From positions 704,001 to 768,000 of the forward strand of contig CAVZZA010000005.1 of the NCBI GenBank assembly GCA_963779615.1: a DNA stretch of 64,000 bases. Direction: 5' to 3'. A program made the position numbers and the translations under genes. Below the pieces are notes generated by a model. The model had not been told where the DNA came from and did no database searches. It was given only the letters and a program-made list of their open reading frames with translations. Each line of letters opens with the position of its first letter. Position 1 is the first letter of the stretch. Positions 45,228 to 55,909 of this stretch are shown here, one piece after another. The stretch is from an uncultured Nitrososphaeraceae archaeon (GTDB lineage Archaea > Thermoproteota > Nitrososphaeria > Nitrososphaerales > Nitrososphaeraceae).

Positions 45228-45398
45228 TCATTTACCATCATCAAACTCTACCGACCCCCTTATTGTTGTGAGCGCCATGATCCCGCTAAGTTGGTTATCC
45301 AGCAGTCTTTCAAACAAGTCGCTAAAACTTTCATCCCTTCCCTTTTGCATGGATAAACGGTTGAACACCCCGTCTTTGATTGTGATCGTCCTTACCAT
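45228..45398 (-). CDS. vapB: VapB antitoxin (DUF217-like)
   Basis: Manual translation MVRTITIKDGVFNRLSMQKGRDESFSDLFERLL...; directly upstream of PIN gene. Confidence 0.82.
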   Translation of the reverse strand: MVRTITIKDGVFNRLSMQKGRDESFSDLFERLLDNQLSGIMALTTIRGSVEFDDGK

Positions 45399-45408
45399 TT
45401 ATGTTGTG

Positions 45409-45473
45409 TTTAAACTGATGCTTAACTGTATTTAAACTGTAGTTACAGGGACAGTGTTTAGTGTAAACAGTGT
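45409..45473. promoter_or_regulatory. Putative vapBC operator array
   Basis: AACTG at 45413, 45424, 45435 (11 bp period) and inverted ACAGT at 45451 and 45467. Confidence 0.45.
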
Positions 45474-45931
45474 GAAGGTGTCAAATAACCACGCATAATG
45501 ACATTTTGGTTCTGCGTCAACCTTTTAACTTATCCCTGCTTTTGAATAATCGAAGAAATGCCACAGCAGCTGTATCTCCGATAGTGTGAGAACCCCATTA
45601 TGATGATAAACGCTTTTGATACCATGACAGGATGAGCGTGGCTTTTCACGGGCTATATATATAAAACCTAACGGTTTCTTTTTATTGTACAAGTTCCCAT
45701 ATTAACAAAAAATTAGTGAACAGCACTAATTGATAGTGACTCAGAGTCACTCTCTATTGGCAAATGTGAAGGCAAGATAAAGGAAACAGCAGTTATCGCC
45801 AACTTTATTTACTGAAAACCATATTTAGGTTCCAAAGTAAGCATAATCCCGGATGGCAGAACCTGAACAAATTGGTGATCATGAGTTACTCCGAGTTACT
45901 CTTTATATATGACTGACAGTAATGGATAACT

Positions 45932-46537
45932 GTGGGCAGAGACTTATACGGCTGCACAGGCTGCAAAAAAACATTTGGCCGAAGATATAACGCCGAACGC
46001 CACAATAAGCAGGTCCATGATGAAATGGCTATAGTATACGACAACAAAACCAACAGGGTTTCAGACAAAAGAACAATGGCGAGCAAAAGGGCATCGATAG
46101 CCGTTCCCAACAGTATGGGCATAGGCAAAGAGGCAAACAGATTCACCATCAATCCCTTGAAAACCACACATTCAGAGTCATCAAACGACAAAGACAATGA
46201 TGACGAGGAAAAAATTTCCAAGGTTTTTGGAAAAATGCTTCCCCTAATCGAGAAACTTGAAAGTCTGTTATCCGATACACCCACTGCAGAAAGAACAGGC
46301 ATAGTTGGCCAAATAATCATGACCTCCCTGATGACCTCAAACCCAGTCAAAGCCATGAGGGATGCGATTAATTTTCACAACTCAATCAAAGGTACGAAAA
46401 AGGCATCATACTTAGTGGCGGCATGGAAAAACATACCACCCGTACAGGCCCAGGAATTGTTAAGGTCAACTATTATGAATGCACCCTATTTTAAAAGAAA
46501 ACTAGATTACAATATCAGCAGGTACCGCAACAACTAA
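45932..46537 (+). CDS. C2H2-type zinc-finger hypothetical protein
   Basis: YGCTGCKKTFGRRYNAERHNKQVH. Confidence 0.75.
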   Translation: MGRDLYGCTGCKKTFGRRYNAERHNKQVHDEMAIVYDNKTNRVSDKRTMASKRASIAVPNSMGIGKEANRFTINPLKTTHSESSNDKDNDDEEKISKVFGKMLPLIEKLESLLSDTPTAERTGIVGQIIMTSLMTSNPVKAMRDAINFHNSIKGTKKASYLVAAWKNIPPVQAQELLRSTIMNAPYFKRKLDYNISRYRNN

Positions 46538-47131
46538 TTTAAAAGAAACAGATTAACCCATTCAAGGAAGAAATCGGAATTGGGAATCCGGGCTTTCAAA
46601 AGGCATTAGTGAAAAGAAACAGGAACTCATTTTATACGGATAGAGACCAACAAGTCCAAATCAATAAGAAGGGTTTTTTGGATTAGTAACACAATGCAAT
46701 TTCTTTAATAAACACAATAAATAACAAAATTTCTTATTTTAAAGGATATCTATCATTTTAACAAAAAAGATGCATAACAAAATAATGGCGACACCGATCC
46801 CTTGCGATTTTCATCCCAAATCTATATCGATATTTAGAATAGATTCGTTACCGGTTAAATGATATTCCAAGGCCTCTGCAATTGTGTTTTTGTTACAAGT
46901 GTTCTATCGGATGCTGTGTCATAACACAAATGTATGACTGAAAAGTAGAACCCAAAAGCAATCAAGCATATGAAAGGATGCTAATAAAATACTAAATTGT
47001 TAACTGTATTATTAAAATGAATTATGGCTCAGGCTCAATAAAATAATTTAACAGGATAAAGTCAATCAAAAACACCATTATAAAGAATAAATAATATATT
47101 TTATTTTGTTAATATCAGGAAAAAAAAGTTA

Positions 47132-48529
47132 TTGAAAATACCCGGAGTCATATTAGCTGGCGTAACAAGCGGAGTTGGAAAGACAACTATTGCAATGGCA
47201 ATAATACACGGCCTCCAAAAAAAAGGTTACAAAGTTCAACCATTTAAAATAGGACCTGATTATATAGACCCCTCATATCACAATGCGATAGCAAAAAAAA
47301 GTTCTAAAAATTTAGACGTATGGTTAATGGGCAAACAAGGCATTATGGAATCTTTTTTCAACTCTACGAAAGATTCAGATTTTACAGTAATAGAAGGGGT
47401 AATGGGTTTATTTGACGGCCTCTCAGGAAAAAACAACTACGCGAGCACCGCACATGTTTCGAAAATCATCGATATTCCATTGATTTTGGTAGTAGATGCC
47501 AGGAAAACTGCAAGATCACTGGCTGCAATAACTTTGGGCTTTGTAAAGTTTGACAGGAAAGTAAAGATTGCAGGGGTAATAATTAACCACATTGCGAGTG
47601 AACGGCATTTAAAATACATTATGGAAGCCTTTCAATCAAAAATAAAGATACCCATAGTAGGTAAAATATTCAACAGCAAAGATGCCAAACTCCAGGAAAG
47701 ACATCTGGGATTAGTTCCCACCAGGGAGTTAGGCCATAACAGCATAGGCAGCATAATTGAAAATGCCAAAAAGGTTTCAAAAGATATTGATATAGAAAAA
47801 GTGGTAGAAATTGGTCACAATAATAAGGAAAATGCCAATAAACAATATGATCATTATCAAAAAAACATAAAAAAGGAACCAAATGAAAAAAAAATTAAAA
47901 TTTCAATTGCCCTTGACAAGTCATTTAATTTTTACTATAAAGACAATTTAGAAATATTGCAAAAAAAAGCGAGAATAGAGTTTTTTAGTCCCATAGAAAA
48001 TAATATAATTCCAACTGATAGCAAAGGCATTATAATAGGCGGAGGCTTTCCAGAGATAATTGCAGACGCATTAGAAAAGAATTCATCAATGAAAAAAAAC
48101 ATCATGAAATTGGCACAAGACAACATACCAATTTACGCAGAGTGTGGTGGTTTGATGTACTTGACAAAATCAATTTCAGGCTATGGTGGCAAAAACAAGA
48201 AATATAAAATGGTGGGGTTATTTGACGCAGAAACAATAATGACGAAAAAACTAACATTAGGGTACACAGAAGCTACATTGGACAATAACAAAACTATTTT
48301 TGGAAACATAAAAAGATTACGAGGTCACGAGTTCCATTATTCTGAAATAATTAACAACCACAGGGATTTAAAGCTAATTTATAAATTAAAGAAGGGAAAG
48401 GGAATCACTAATGGATATGATGGTGCTTATTCAAACAGATGTATTGCATCATATATGCACATACATTTTATCAATTCCATGATCTCAAACAATTTTATAG
48501 AAAGCTGTTACAATTACTCCAAAAAGTAA
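47132..48529 (+). CDS. cbiA: Cobyrinate a,c-diamide synthase
   Basis: SGVGKT, GPDYIDP, EGVMGLFDG, AECGG, GHEFHY. Confidence 0.95.
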   Translation: MKIPGVILAGVTSGVGKTTIAMAIIHGLQKKGYKVQPFKIGPDYIDPSYHNAIAKKSSKNLDVWLMGKQGIMESFFNSTKDSDFTVIEGVMGLFDGLSGKNNYASTAHVSKIIDIPLILVVDARKTARSLAAITLGFVKFDRKVKIAGVIINHIASERHLKYIMEAFQSKIKIPIVGKIFNSKDAKLQERHLGLVPTRELGHNSIGSIIENAKKVSKDIDIEKVVEIGHNNKENANKQYDHYQKNIKKEPNEKKIKISIALDKSFNFYYKDNLEILQKKARIEFFSPIENNIIPTDSKGIIIGGGFPEIIADALEKNSSMKKNIMKLAQDNIPIYAECGGLMYLTKSISGYGGKNKKYKMVGLFDAETIMTKKLTLGYTEATLDNNKTIFGNIKRLRGHEFHYSEIINNHRDLKLIYKLKKGKGITNGYDGAYSNRCIASYMHIHFINSMISNNFIESCYNYSKK

Positions 48530-48627
48530 CCAAAGTGCAAGGCAAACCGCCTAAAAATGATAGAAAAATCCAACAAAAGATTAAAAGAAAATTCATTGAT
48601 AAGAAAAGGAACGCGGTAGAAAACTAG

Positions 48628-49335
48628 TTAATTATTTTTCTCTTTTTTTTGATTTGCAATATACAGCAACATAAGGGCATTGATTATTGATGAAGCTGCA
48701 GAACTTCCCCCTTTCCTCCCGCTATTCGTTATAAAAGGAATGTTTAATTTGGATAGTTCGTATTTTGATTCAACTGCAGAAACAAATCCAACGGGCAGAC
48801 CTATAACAAGAAATGGGGAAAGTTTATTTTCCTTGATCAAAGAGACAACTTCATATAAAGCCGTAGGAGCATTCCCGATCACAACAATGCCGTTGTTTAT
48901 TTTATCCATTGCTTTTTGGATTGCCAATTCGGATCGGGTTTTCTCAAACTTTTTTGAATTTTCCATACATTCTGGATCATTTATATAACAAACACCCGTC
49001 ATGTTGAGGCTAGAAAGAGATTTTTTATTTATTCCATGTAAAACCATTTCCACATCAGTTACAACATAGGATTGGTTGGAGAATGCCAAAAATGCAGAAT
49101 CAATGGCATTCTTATGGAAAACAATTTTACAATTTTTCGCAAAATCAAAATCCGCAGTTGCATGAATAACCCTTCTTACGATCACCCACTGGTCTTCACT
49201 GTAGTCATGCGTCCCAATTTCCGATTCAATAATATCAAAGCTCTGTTTTTCAATGCTAAAAGAACGTGTTGACATATCACGCCCTCTCGCAGAACCGCTT
49301 TTATAATCACTTTCAGAATTATTTGAAGAGGCCAC
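48628..49335 (-). CDS. cbiC: Cobalt-precorrin-8 methylmutase
   Basis: RVIHATADF, GNAPTAL, PVGFV, GRKGGS. Confidence 0.95.
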   Translation of the reverse strand: MASSNNSESDYKSGSARGRDMSTRSFSIEKQSFDIIESEIGTHDYSEDQWVIVRRVIHATADFDFAKNCKIVFHKNAIDSAFLAFSNQSYVVTDVEMVLHGINKKSLSSLNMTGVCYINDPECMENSKKFEKTRSELAIQKAMDKINNGIVVIGNAPTALYEVVSLIKENKLSPFLVIGLPVGFVSAVESKYELSKLNIPFITNSGRKGGSSAASSIINALMLLYIANQKKEKNN

Positions 49336-50077
49336 TTTTGATTTCAGAGTCCTTAGCTAAAAATATGACAAGGCTGATTATTAACGAATCAACACCTATG
49401 TGTTCAGCTATATGTAAGTTTTTAAATTCATATTTTTTCAACGCTTTATCAATATCAATTAATATATCTTTTTGTATATGAATACCCCTGTGCAAGAAGT
49501 AAGGGATAACATATATTGCCTCAGGATTTGAAGCAAGACAATCTTTAATGCCTTCTTCGATGTTAGGCGGTTCTAGTTCAAGAAAACAATAATTAACATA
49601 TTTAAAGCGATCTCTTAAACTATTTACCGTGTATAAGAACGCATCTCTAGCCCGCCTATCACTGCTACCATGGCCAATTAACAAAAGAGAATAATTGTTT
49701 TCATTGATATTCTTCCCATATAATAAGGAATTAACCCGATCAAGAACAATTTTTGATATTGTTGGTTGGTATGACAATGGCTTTGTAATCACCATTTTAC
49801 TTGTAATATGCTTAGCAAAATTGGCGGTCTGTTTTACTGCGTCTTTAAGTTTCATTCCAGGATAAAGAAAATAAGGGACCACAGTTATAGTATCGACACG
49901 CTGAGCCAGGCATTTGTTTATACCTTCTTCAATGAATGGAGGCAAAACTTCAAGAAAACAAAAATCCACATAATAATAATCTGTTTGATCCTTTATTTTT
50001 GAACAAGTATCCAGCAATTCTTGCTGCACTTCCTTCATTTTGCTTCCACGGTCAATTATTAACAAGGCTTTTTTCAA
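49319..50077 (-). CDS. cbiX: Two-domain sirohydrochlorin cobaltochelatase
   Basis: Duplicated FLE..P...PYFL domains, GHGS and GIH in the second. Confidence 0.88.
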   Translation of the reverse strand: MKKALLIIDRGSKMKEVQQELLDTCSKIKDQTDYYYVDFCFLEVLPPFIEEGINKCLAQRVDTITVVPYFLYPGMKLKDAVKQTANFAKHITSKMVITKPLSYQPTISKIVLDRVNSLLYGKNINENNYSLLLIGHGSSDRRARDAFLYTVNSLRDRFKYVNYCFLELEPPNIEEGIKDCLASNPEAIYVIPYFLHRGIHIQKDILIDIDKALKKYEFKNLHIAEHIGVDSLIISLVIFLAKDSEIKSGLFK

Positions 50078-51156
50078 TTATATATCACCCTACTTATTGC
50101 AACTGTCAAATCTGGAGGAAATTTTCTTTTAGGTACTATTAAAACACCATTAGAAGCTAATAAGGATGATGCTTCAGATACGCTATAGGTACCTTCATAT
50201 TTTTCAACAATTTCTGATGGGTTGGGTACATTAATTCTTCCAAGATTTTCTTTAGAAAATAGCAAAGTACTCAAACCATAGCCTTTACAAAATTCATCTA
50301 GGCCTTTAACAAGCTTTCCCCTATCCAATGATGCGATGAATTTAACGCTTTTAAAACTCAAGTTATTTTCACTCAATACATTGAATATTCCATTTTCGAT
50401 TTTTTCTTTTGTCGTATCCCAATGAAGACCAACTCCTACAGCCAATGTTTTAGGCCTATAGATAACGGATTTCTTTAACAACAATTCATTAGAAATCAGT
50501 TTATCTGTGATGATAAGAGATGCCTTGTAATTATCGGATACAAGATCATTTATATCATTTACAATATCAACATTTTTTGGCAGATCATTTAGATTCCACC
50601 AATTTTTTTCACCAGCGTCTTGGAAAATGCCTACTTTTTCTTCATTTACCATCATAGCACTAGCTTTGGTAACGTTTTCATAATTGTCTATTGCCCATCC
50701 CAATTTGTTGCCAATTAAATCAACTGAAATAGTTTTATTAACATCAGCCGCAGTCGTAACAACAGGTATGGATTTTAGAAAATCAGAGATTTGTAAGGCA
50801 AGTTCATTTGCACCACCCAAATGTCCTGAAAGCGTACTTATCACAAATTTTGCAGCATCATCAATCACTACCACAGCAGGATCGGTTTTCTTATCCTTTA
50901 AATAAGGAGCAACAAGCCTAACTACAGCGCCTAAAGAAAAAATGAGTATCAAAGAATTGTAGTTGGAAAAAAGATAGCCAATTTTTTGAGTCACAGGTTC
51001 TTGAAAATATGTTATAGATGGATCAGGATTTTGAAATTTTGATGGGGCAAATATATCAGCAACGTCAAACGCATTTTTTAGTTTTTTAGCTATCTCCATT
51101 CCCTTTTTAGTAATAGCAACTATTGCAATATCTCTTTTATCCAAACTCACTGTCAT
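50074..51156 (-). CDS. cbiG: Cobalt-precorrin-5A hydrolase
   Basis: KDKKTDPAVVV, SGHLGGAN, TTAAD, SVSEAS. Confidence 0.93.
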   Translation of the reverse strand: MTVSLDKRDIAIVAITKKGMEIAKKLKNAFDVADIFAPSKFQNPDPSITYFQEPVTQKIGYLFSNYNSLILIFSLGAVVRLVAPYLKDKKTDPAVVVIDDAAKFVISTLSGHLGGANELALQISDFLKSIPVVTTAADVNKTISVDLIGNKLGWAIDNYENVTKASAMMVNEEKVGIFQDAGEKNWWNLNDLPKNVDIVNDINDLVSDNYKASLIITDKLISNELLLKKSVIYRPKTLAVGVGLHWDTTKEKIENGIFNVLSENNLSFKSVKFIASLDRGKLVKGLDEFCKGYGLSTLLFSKENLGRINVPNPSEIVEKYEGTYSVSEASSLLASNGVLIVPKRKFPPDLTVAISRVIYN

Positions 51157-51276
51157 TTAATTCATCCAACCTCTTAAACGTCCTTAATAATATTTTTTAA
51201 ACGGTATTATAACAGTTCTCAAATCCACAATCCACCAATTTGACAAATACAATAGAAAATTAAAAGCATAATTAGA

Positions 51277-52491
51277 CTATTTTGGATATTTACCTATAAC
51301 GTTACCTTCAAAGTTAAACATAATTATATCGATCAAGAGTTGATTGTTTGAATATCCGCTCATTTGATTAAATGCATATTTGCACAAAAGATCATAATAA
51401 CCAACAATATGAGAGGAATCAATTATTTCAGATACATGTCGAGCAGTATTTGCATTTTTTATTAATTCAATGACGTTTTCATGAACTTTGCGTTCCTTAG
51501 CTAGTTCAGCCATAAAATCCATATTGACGTGTGAGCCCCTTACATGAGTTTGTTTTACGCCCATGGCTATCTTGGTTAATTTACCAATGAAGCCGGCAAT
51601 AACTATCTTTTTCACTTTTTTTTCAAAACACTGTTTAACACTATATCCTGCAAAATCACCCATTTGAACGTAAGAGTGGTCAGGATAGGTTGTTCCGAAT
51701 AAAGTTTTGCAAAAATCTTCACTCCTTCCTCCGGTGGTGAGTATGAAAACACTAGAATTTAAGGCTATTCCAACATCTAGACTCTGTCTTATGGATGCTG
51801 CAAAAGAAGCCGTAGAGTAAGGAAGAACTATGCCAGTGGTTCCAAGGATTGATATCCCGCCAAGTATACCCAATCGAGGATTATCGGTTTTTTTTGCTAT
51901 TTCCTCACCCGCAGGAACAGAAATGATAACACCTAAACCATTATTTTTCATTATTTGGTTATTGCTTTTAATTACGTCATTCACAGATTGAATAATCATC
52001 TTCATTGGGACAGGATTAATTGCTGCTGAACCTATCGACAAACCAAGCCCAGGCTTTGTCACTCTGCCAACACCAATTCCACCATCAACGACTATTTTCC
52101 CAATGTTTTTGGTCAATTGTACAGTAGAACAAATCTCAGCCCCATGAGTTACGTCAGGGTCATCACCGCCGTCTTTAATCACAGCACAAGTTACAGAGTC
52201 ATCGTCAAATCGCGTCCAAGAAATTTTTAAAGTAACCACTTTGCCCTTTGGAAGGGTTATTTGAACACCATCTGACTGGGTTTTAGTCAGGAGTGCTAAC
52301 AAGGCGGCTTTAGTTGCGGCAGATGCAGATGTCCCCGTGGTGAGACCACTTTTTAAAAGACCCTTTTGTTTTTTTTCATTTATTTCTTTTGGAAGATCTT
52401 GTTCTTTTTCTGCAATAGATAAATCATCATCATCATTATCGTCATTTTGTTGAAGTTCATCCTCAGCAGAACCTTTAAAAATATTAATCAA
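51277..52491 (-). CDS. cbiD: Cobalt-precorrin-5B C1-methyltransferase
   Basis: GLTTGTSA, KDGGDDPDVTHG, NPRLGILGGISILGTTG. Confidence 0.95.
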   Translation of the reverse strand: MINIFKGSAEDELQQNDDNDDDDLSIAEKEQDLPKEINEKKQKGLLKSGLTTGTSASAATKAALLALLTKTQSDGVQITLPKGKVVTLKISWTRFDDDSVTCAVIKDGGDDPDVTHGAEICSTVQLTKNIGKIVVDGGIGVGRVTKPGLGLSIGSAAINPVPMKMIIQSVNDVIKSNNQIMKNNGLGVIISVPAGEEIAKKTDNPRLGILGGISILGTTGIVLPYSTASFAASIRQSLDVGIALNSSVFILTTGGRSEDFCKTLFGTTYPDHSYVQMGDFAGYSVKQCFEKKVKKIVIAGFIGKLTKIAMGVKQTHVRGSHVNMDFMAELAKERKVHENVIELIKNANTARHVSEIIDSSHIVGYYDLLCKYAFNQMSGYSNNQLLIDIIMFNFEGNVIGKYPK

Positions 52492-52562
52492 GATAGGGCA
52501 CCATCAACCTAATTAAAAAAATATTTTTCAAATGATATATTTTGAATAAGAAACACAATTAA

Positions 52563-53717
52563 TCAATTTAAAAGAGTTTTCAAAAGGTCTATTTTATTGG
52601 TTTGTTCCCAGGCAAAATTAGCGTCAGACCTTCCAAAATGACCATAGGCAGAGGTTTTTTTATAGATGGGCCTCTTCAAATCCAAAGTTTTTATTATTCC
52701 CGCAGGGGTAGTATCAAATACATCTTTAACTTTCTTTTCAATTTCCTCTTCTGGTACAGTGGTAGTGTTAAACGTATCAATCATTATGGAAATAGGTTTG
52801 GCAACCCCGATTGCGTACGCTATTTGAACTTCGCATTTTGAAGCTAAACCAGAAGCCACAATATTTTTAGAGATATACCTTGCCATATAACAAGCAGACC
52901 GATCTACCTTTGAGGGATCCTTCCCTGAAAATGCTCCGCCACCATGACGCCCCATTCCCCCATAAGTATCTGCAATTATTTTTCTTCCAGTCAATCCAGT
53001 ATCTCCTGGAGGCCCACCGATTACAAACCTACCAGTAGGATTTACAAAAATTTTGGTGTTCACACCTATCCAATCTTCACAAACTGGCTTAATCACATGA
53101 TTGTTTATTTCTTCAAATATTTGTTGTTGTGATACATCCGGTGAATGTTGAGTTGACAAAACAATTGTATCGATTGTTTTTGGTTTATTATCTTCGTACA
53201 AAATAGATACTTGAGACTTTCCGTCTGGTCTAACCCAGTCCAACTCCTTTGTTTTTCTTACAGTCGATAAACATAGTGAAAGTTTATGTGCAAGTGTGAT
53301 TGGCAAAGGCATTAATTCGGGGGTTTCATCTATAGCAAATCCAAACATTAGCCCCTGGTCTCCGGCACCTTGCTCCTTTATCTCATTTGAAGATACACCC
53401 AATGAGATATCGGGGCTCTGTTCATGCAATGACACTAAAACTGAACATGTGTTACCATCGAACCCGTATTCAGGCTTATTGTATCCTATATCATTAATTT
53501 CATTTCTTACTATATCCTGTATATCTAATTTTTTTTTAGATGTAACTTCTCCTGCTACAATAACTAAACCTGTAGTAGTCAATGTCTCGACGGCAACCCT
53601 AGAATCAGGATCATATTTTAAAAACTCATCTAAAACAGAATCAGAAATTCTATCACAGATTTTATCCGGATGGCCCTCTGTTACACTTTCAGAAGTAAAT
53701 ATGGATCGTCTTGACAT
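52563..53717 (-). CDS. metK: S-adenosylmethionine synthetase, bacterial/eukaryal type
   Basis: [26 protein letters not shown]. Confidence 0.97.
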   Translation of the reverse strand: MSRRSIFTSESVTEGHPDKICDRISDSVLDEFLKYDPDSRVAVETLTTTGLVIVAGEVTSKKKLDIQDIVRNEINDIGYNKPEYGFDGNTCSVLVSLHEQSPDISLGVSSNEIKEQGAGDQGLMFGFAIDETPELMPLPITLAHKLSLCLSTVRKTKELDWVRPDGKSQVSILYEDNKPKTIDTIVLSTQHSPDVSQQQIFEEINNHVIKPVCEDWIGVNTKIFVNPTGRFVIGGPPGDTGLTGRKIIADTYGGMGRHGGGAFSGKDPSKVDRSACYMARYISKNIVASGLASKCEVQIAYAIGVAKPISIMIDTFNTTTVPEEEIEKKVKDVFDTTPAGIIKTLDLKRPIYKKTSAYGHFGRSDANFAWEQTNKIDLLKTLLN

Positions 53718-53760
53718 TCTTATCTCTTTAAAAATACACTTCAGATGATTACATTAATAA

Positions 53761-54018
53761 TTAAAATTCTTTTTCCAATTTAATGAAAAGTACATTATTC
53801 CCTCTGATAACCACTTTACCATAATTTGCCATTAAATCATTGCCATCAAATTCTTCTGCATCGCTTAAAATAAGATTCATGTAGGAATCTACATTTGTCA
53901 TTCTACCTCTGTATTCAATTTCGCTTTTTAATCTTACAGCAACTTTTCTATTCACAGATCGTTGCAATACATTCAAAGGTCTTTTAGTAGGTTGCTGTTG
54001 TGAAGGAGATGTGGCCAT
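53761..54018 (-). CDS. Sm-like (Lsm) protein
   Basis: DSYMNLIL and IRGNNV Sm motifs. Confidence 0.93.
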   Translation of the reverse strand: MATSPSQQQPTKRPLNVLQRSVNRKVAVRLKSEIEYRGRMTNVDSYMNLILSDAEEFDGNDLMANYGKVVIRGNNVLFIKLEKEF

Positions 54019-54143
54019 ATTGTTAGTCTATTGTGAAAAATCTAGGCGACAATAAAAAGCTTCCTTTATGAAAAGTGAATAACATAAAATAAGAGTTATA
54101 GAAACTATTAAAAATATTTATTTAATAAACCTATAATCACCCC

Positions 54144-54809
54144 ATATACAAAACAGGAATACCAAGTTTAGATAATGTACTTTGCAAAGAAGTAAAATTT
54201 GGAAGCCTTATAGAAATAACAGGTAAAAAAGGCACGGGTAAGACCCAAATTAATTTTTTTATATGCGCAATCAACAGCATGAATAATAAAAAAATAATAT
54301 ATGCCGATGGTTCAGGAGACTTCAGGCCAGAAAGAATAAAATCAATGATGGATAAAATCCTAACCAGCAGCAGGGATCAAAGCAATCAATATTTAAAAAA
54401 TATCGTTTTCCAAAGAATTTATGAATTAGATGACCTATTTAAATTAATAAAAAAAATAAAATTACTAAGCTTTGACATACTGATTCTTGATGACATAATC
54501 CCCATGTTTTTATACAAATTCAAAGAAAAAACTCGTTTAGAAGTAAGACGTTTTATAAGGGAACTTTCATTGATAACATTGTCTAAAAAAATATGTATTA
54601 TATTTACCAACATAATTGTCGAAAAGTTCAATAAAGAGGGAAAAAATATACAGCCACGTGAACTATTCTATCATGATATAATAAGGTATGTCCAGCATAA
54701 GTTCGTGCTACAGACCAGCCCTAACAATGAAAAAATTAGTGAATTTAAGCTGATTCATCCTTATGCCACCCATCATACTAAAATTGATATAGATTTTAGC
54801 AATTTATAG
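54144..54809 (+). CDS. RecA/RadB-like ATPase with non-canonical start
   Basis: In-frame upstream extension of track ORF 54279: YKTGIPSLD...EITGKKGTGKTQ (Walker A), FRPER, LILDD (Walker B). Confidence 0.8.
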   Translation: MYKTGIPSLDNVLCKEVKFGSLIEITGKKGTGKTQINFFICAINSMNNKKIIYADGSGDFRPERIKSMMDKILTSSRDQSNQYLKNIVFQRIYELDDLFKLIKKIKLLSFDILILDDIIPMFLYKFKEKTRLEVRRFIRELSLITLSKKICIIFTNIIVEKFNKEGKNIQPRELFYHDIIRYVQHKFVLQTSPNNEKISEFKLIHPYATHHTKIDIDFSNL

Positions 54810-54913
54810 TTAGAAAAGTATTCTAGTAAAATCAAATAGATTTTACATACTGATTAATCATAAGAAATTGTTATGTATCATTTATCCAAAACTATACAAT
54901 AGTATTAAAGAAT

Positions 54914-55909
54914 ATGTACCATGATAACCATCGAAGTAAATACAATAAAGTAGTCGTTATCGGACTGGGTCAACTAGGCCTTCCTGTCGCAAAATACGTA
55001 AAAGAAAAGGGTTTTGACGCTTATGGATATGACATAAGTGAAAAGGCCATGACAACCGCCGAATCAAATTTTGGTATCAAAAAAGCCAGCACCTTCAATG
55101 ATTTTGACGTGTTGATCATATGCGTGTCAACACATGTGCCGGATGACATGTTCTCCCCACAGGTGAATGGGCTCATGTCAGTCGTTGAAAAAATATCAAG
55201 GGAAGCCAAATCAGGGGCACTAATATCAATAGAAAGCACCATACCAAAGGGAACGTCCCAAAAGGTGTTTGAGAAACTGGACCACAGGCTTCACGTTGTA
55301 CACGCTCCACACAGGTGGTATGCACTTGAGGAGCAGGAGCACGGGGTCAACCAACTGCGCATTTTGGGCGGCGTAAGCAAATGCTGCCTGCAGGAGGGCC
55401 TAAGGTTTTATGACGGAAAAATCAGCGGGGACAATGATACCGCCGCCTCATCCTCCATCCCAACCACAACAAACATCCAAGCACAAGCGCTGTCAATACC
55501 GATGCACCCCGTCTCCTCGATAGAGGTGGCAGAGCTTACCAAAATCATTGAAAATTCCCACAGGTACCTTCAAATCGCATTTGCAGAAGAGCTGTACCTT
55601 TACTGCAAGTCAACCAACATCAGCTTTGCGGAGCTGCGCGATTCGCTCAACACAAAGTGGAATGTGAATGTCCTGGAGCCAAGAGACGGCATAGGGGGAC
55701 ACTGCCTTCCAAAAGACACAAAGATGTTCATCAACTCATCCAATGCCATAAAAAGCAAAATACTGCAGGCGGCAACAGAGATAGATGAGGACTATAGGGA
55801 GTACATTCAAAGCAGAGACAAAGAGAACAACATAGCTTCAATAATAAACAAAGGGAGCAATCAAAAATCTCCAAACCCTTTACTAATTAAAGAAAAAGTT
55901 AACAAGTGA
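54914..55909 (+). CDS. UDP-sugar dehydrogenase family protein lacking the C-terminal domain
   Basis: GLGQLG, IEST, ELTKIIEN, GIGGHCLPKD. Confidence 0.85.
   Translation: MYHDNHRSKYNKVVVIGLGQLGLPVAKYVKEKGFDAYGYDISEKAMTTAESNFGIKKASTFNDFDVLIICVSTHVPDDMFSPQVNGLMSVVEKISREAKSGALISIESTIPKGTSQKVFEKLDHRLHVVHAPHRWYALEEQEHGVNQLRILGGVSKCCLQEGLRFYDGKISGDNDTAASSSIPTTTNIQAQALSIPMHPVSSIEVAELTKIIENSHRYLQIAFAEELYLYCKSTNISFAELRDSLNTKWNVNVLEPRDGIGGHCLPKDTKMFINSSNAIKSKILQAATEIDEDYREYIQSRDKENNIASIINKGSNQKSPNPLLIKEKVNK

Noticed and set aside
45228-45230. In-frame TGA in vapB as selenocysteine
   Set aside because: No Cys-type motif or SECIS-like hairpin seen; nonsense mutation is simpler
52563-53717. Bacterial-type metK (and uvrABC) as recent transfer or chimeric assembly
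   Set aside because: Composition matches flanking archaeal genes and these genes are known in this lineage
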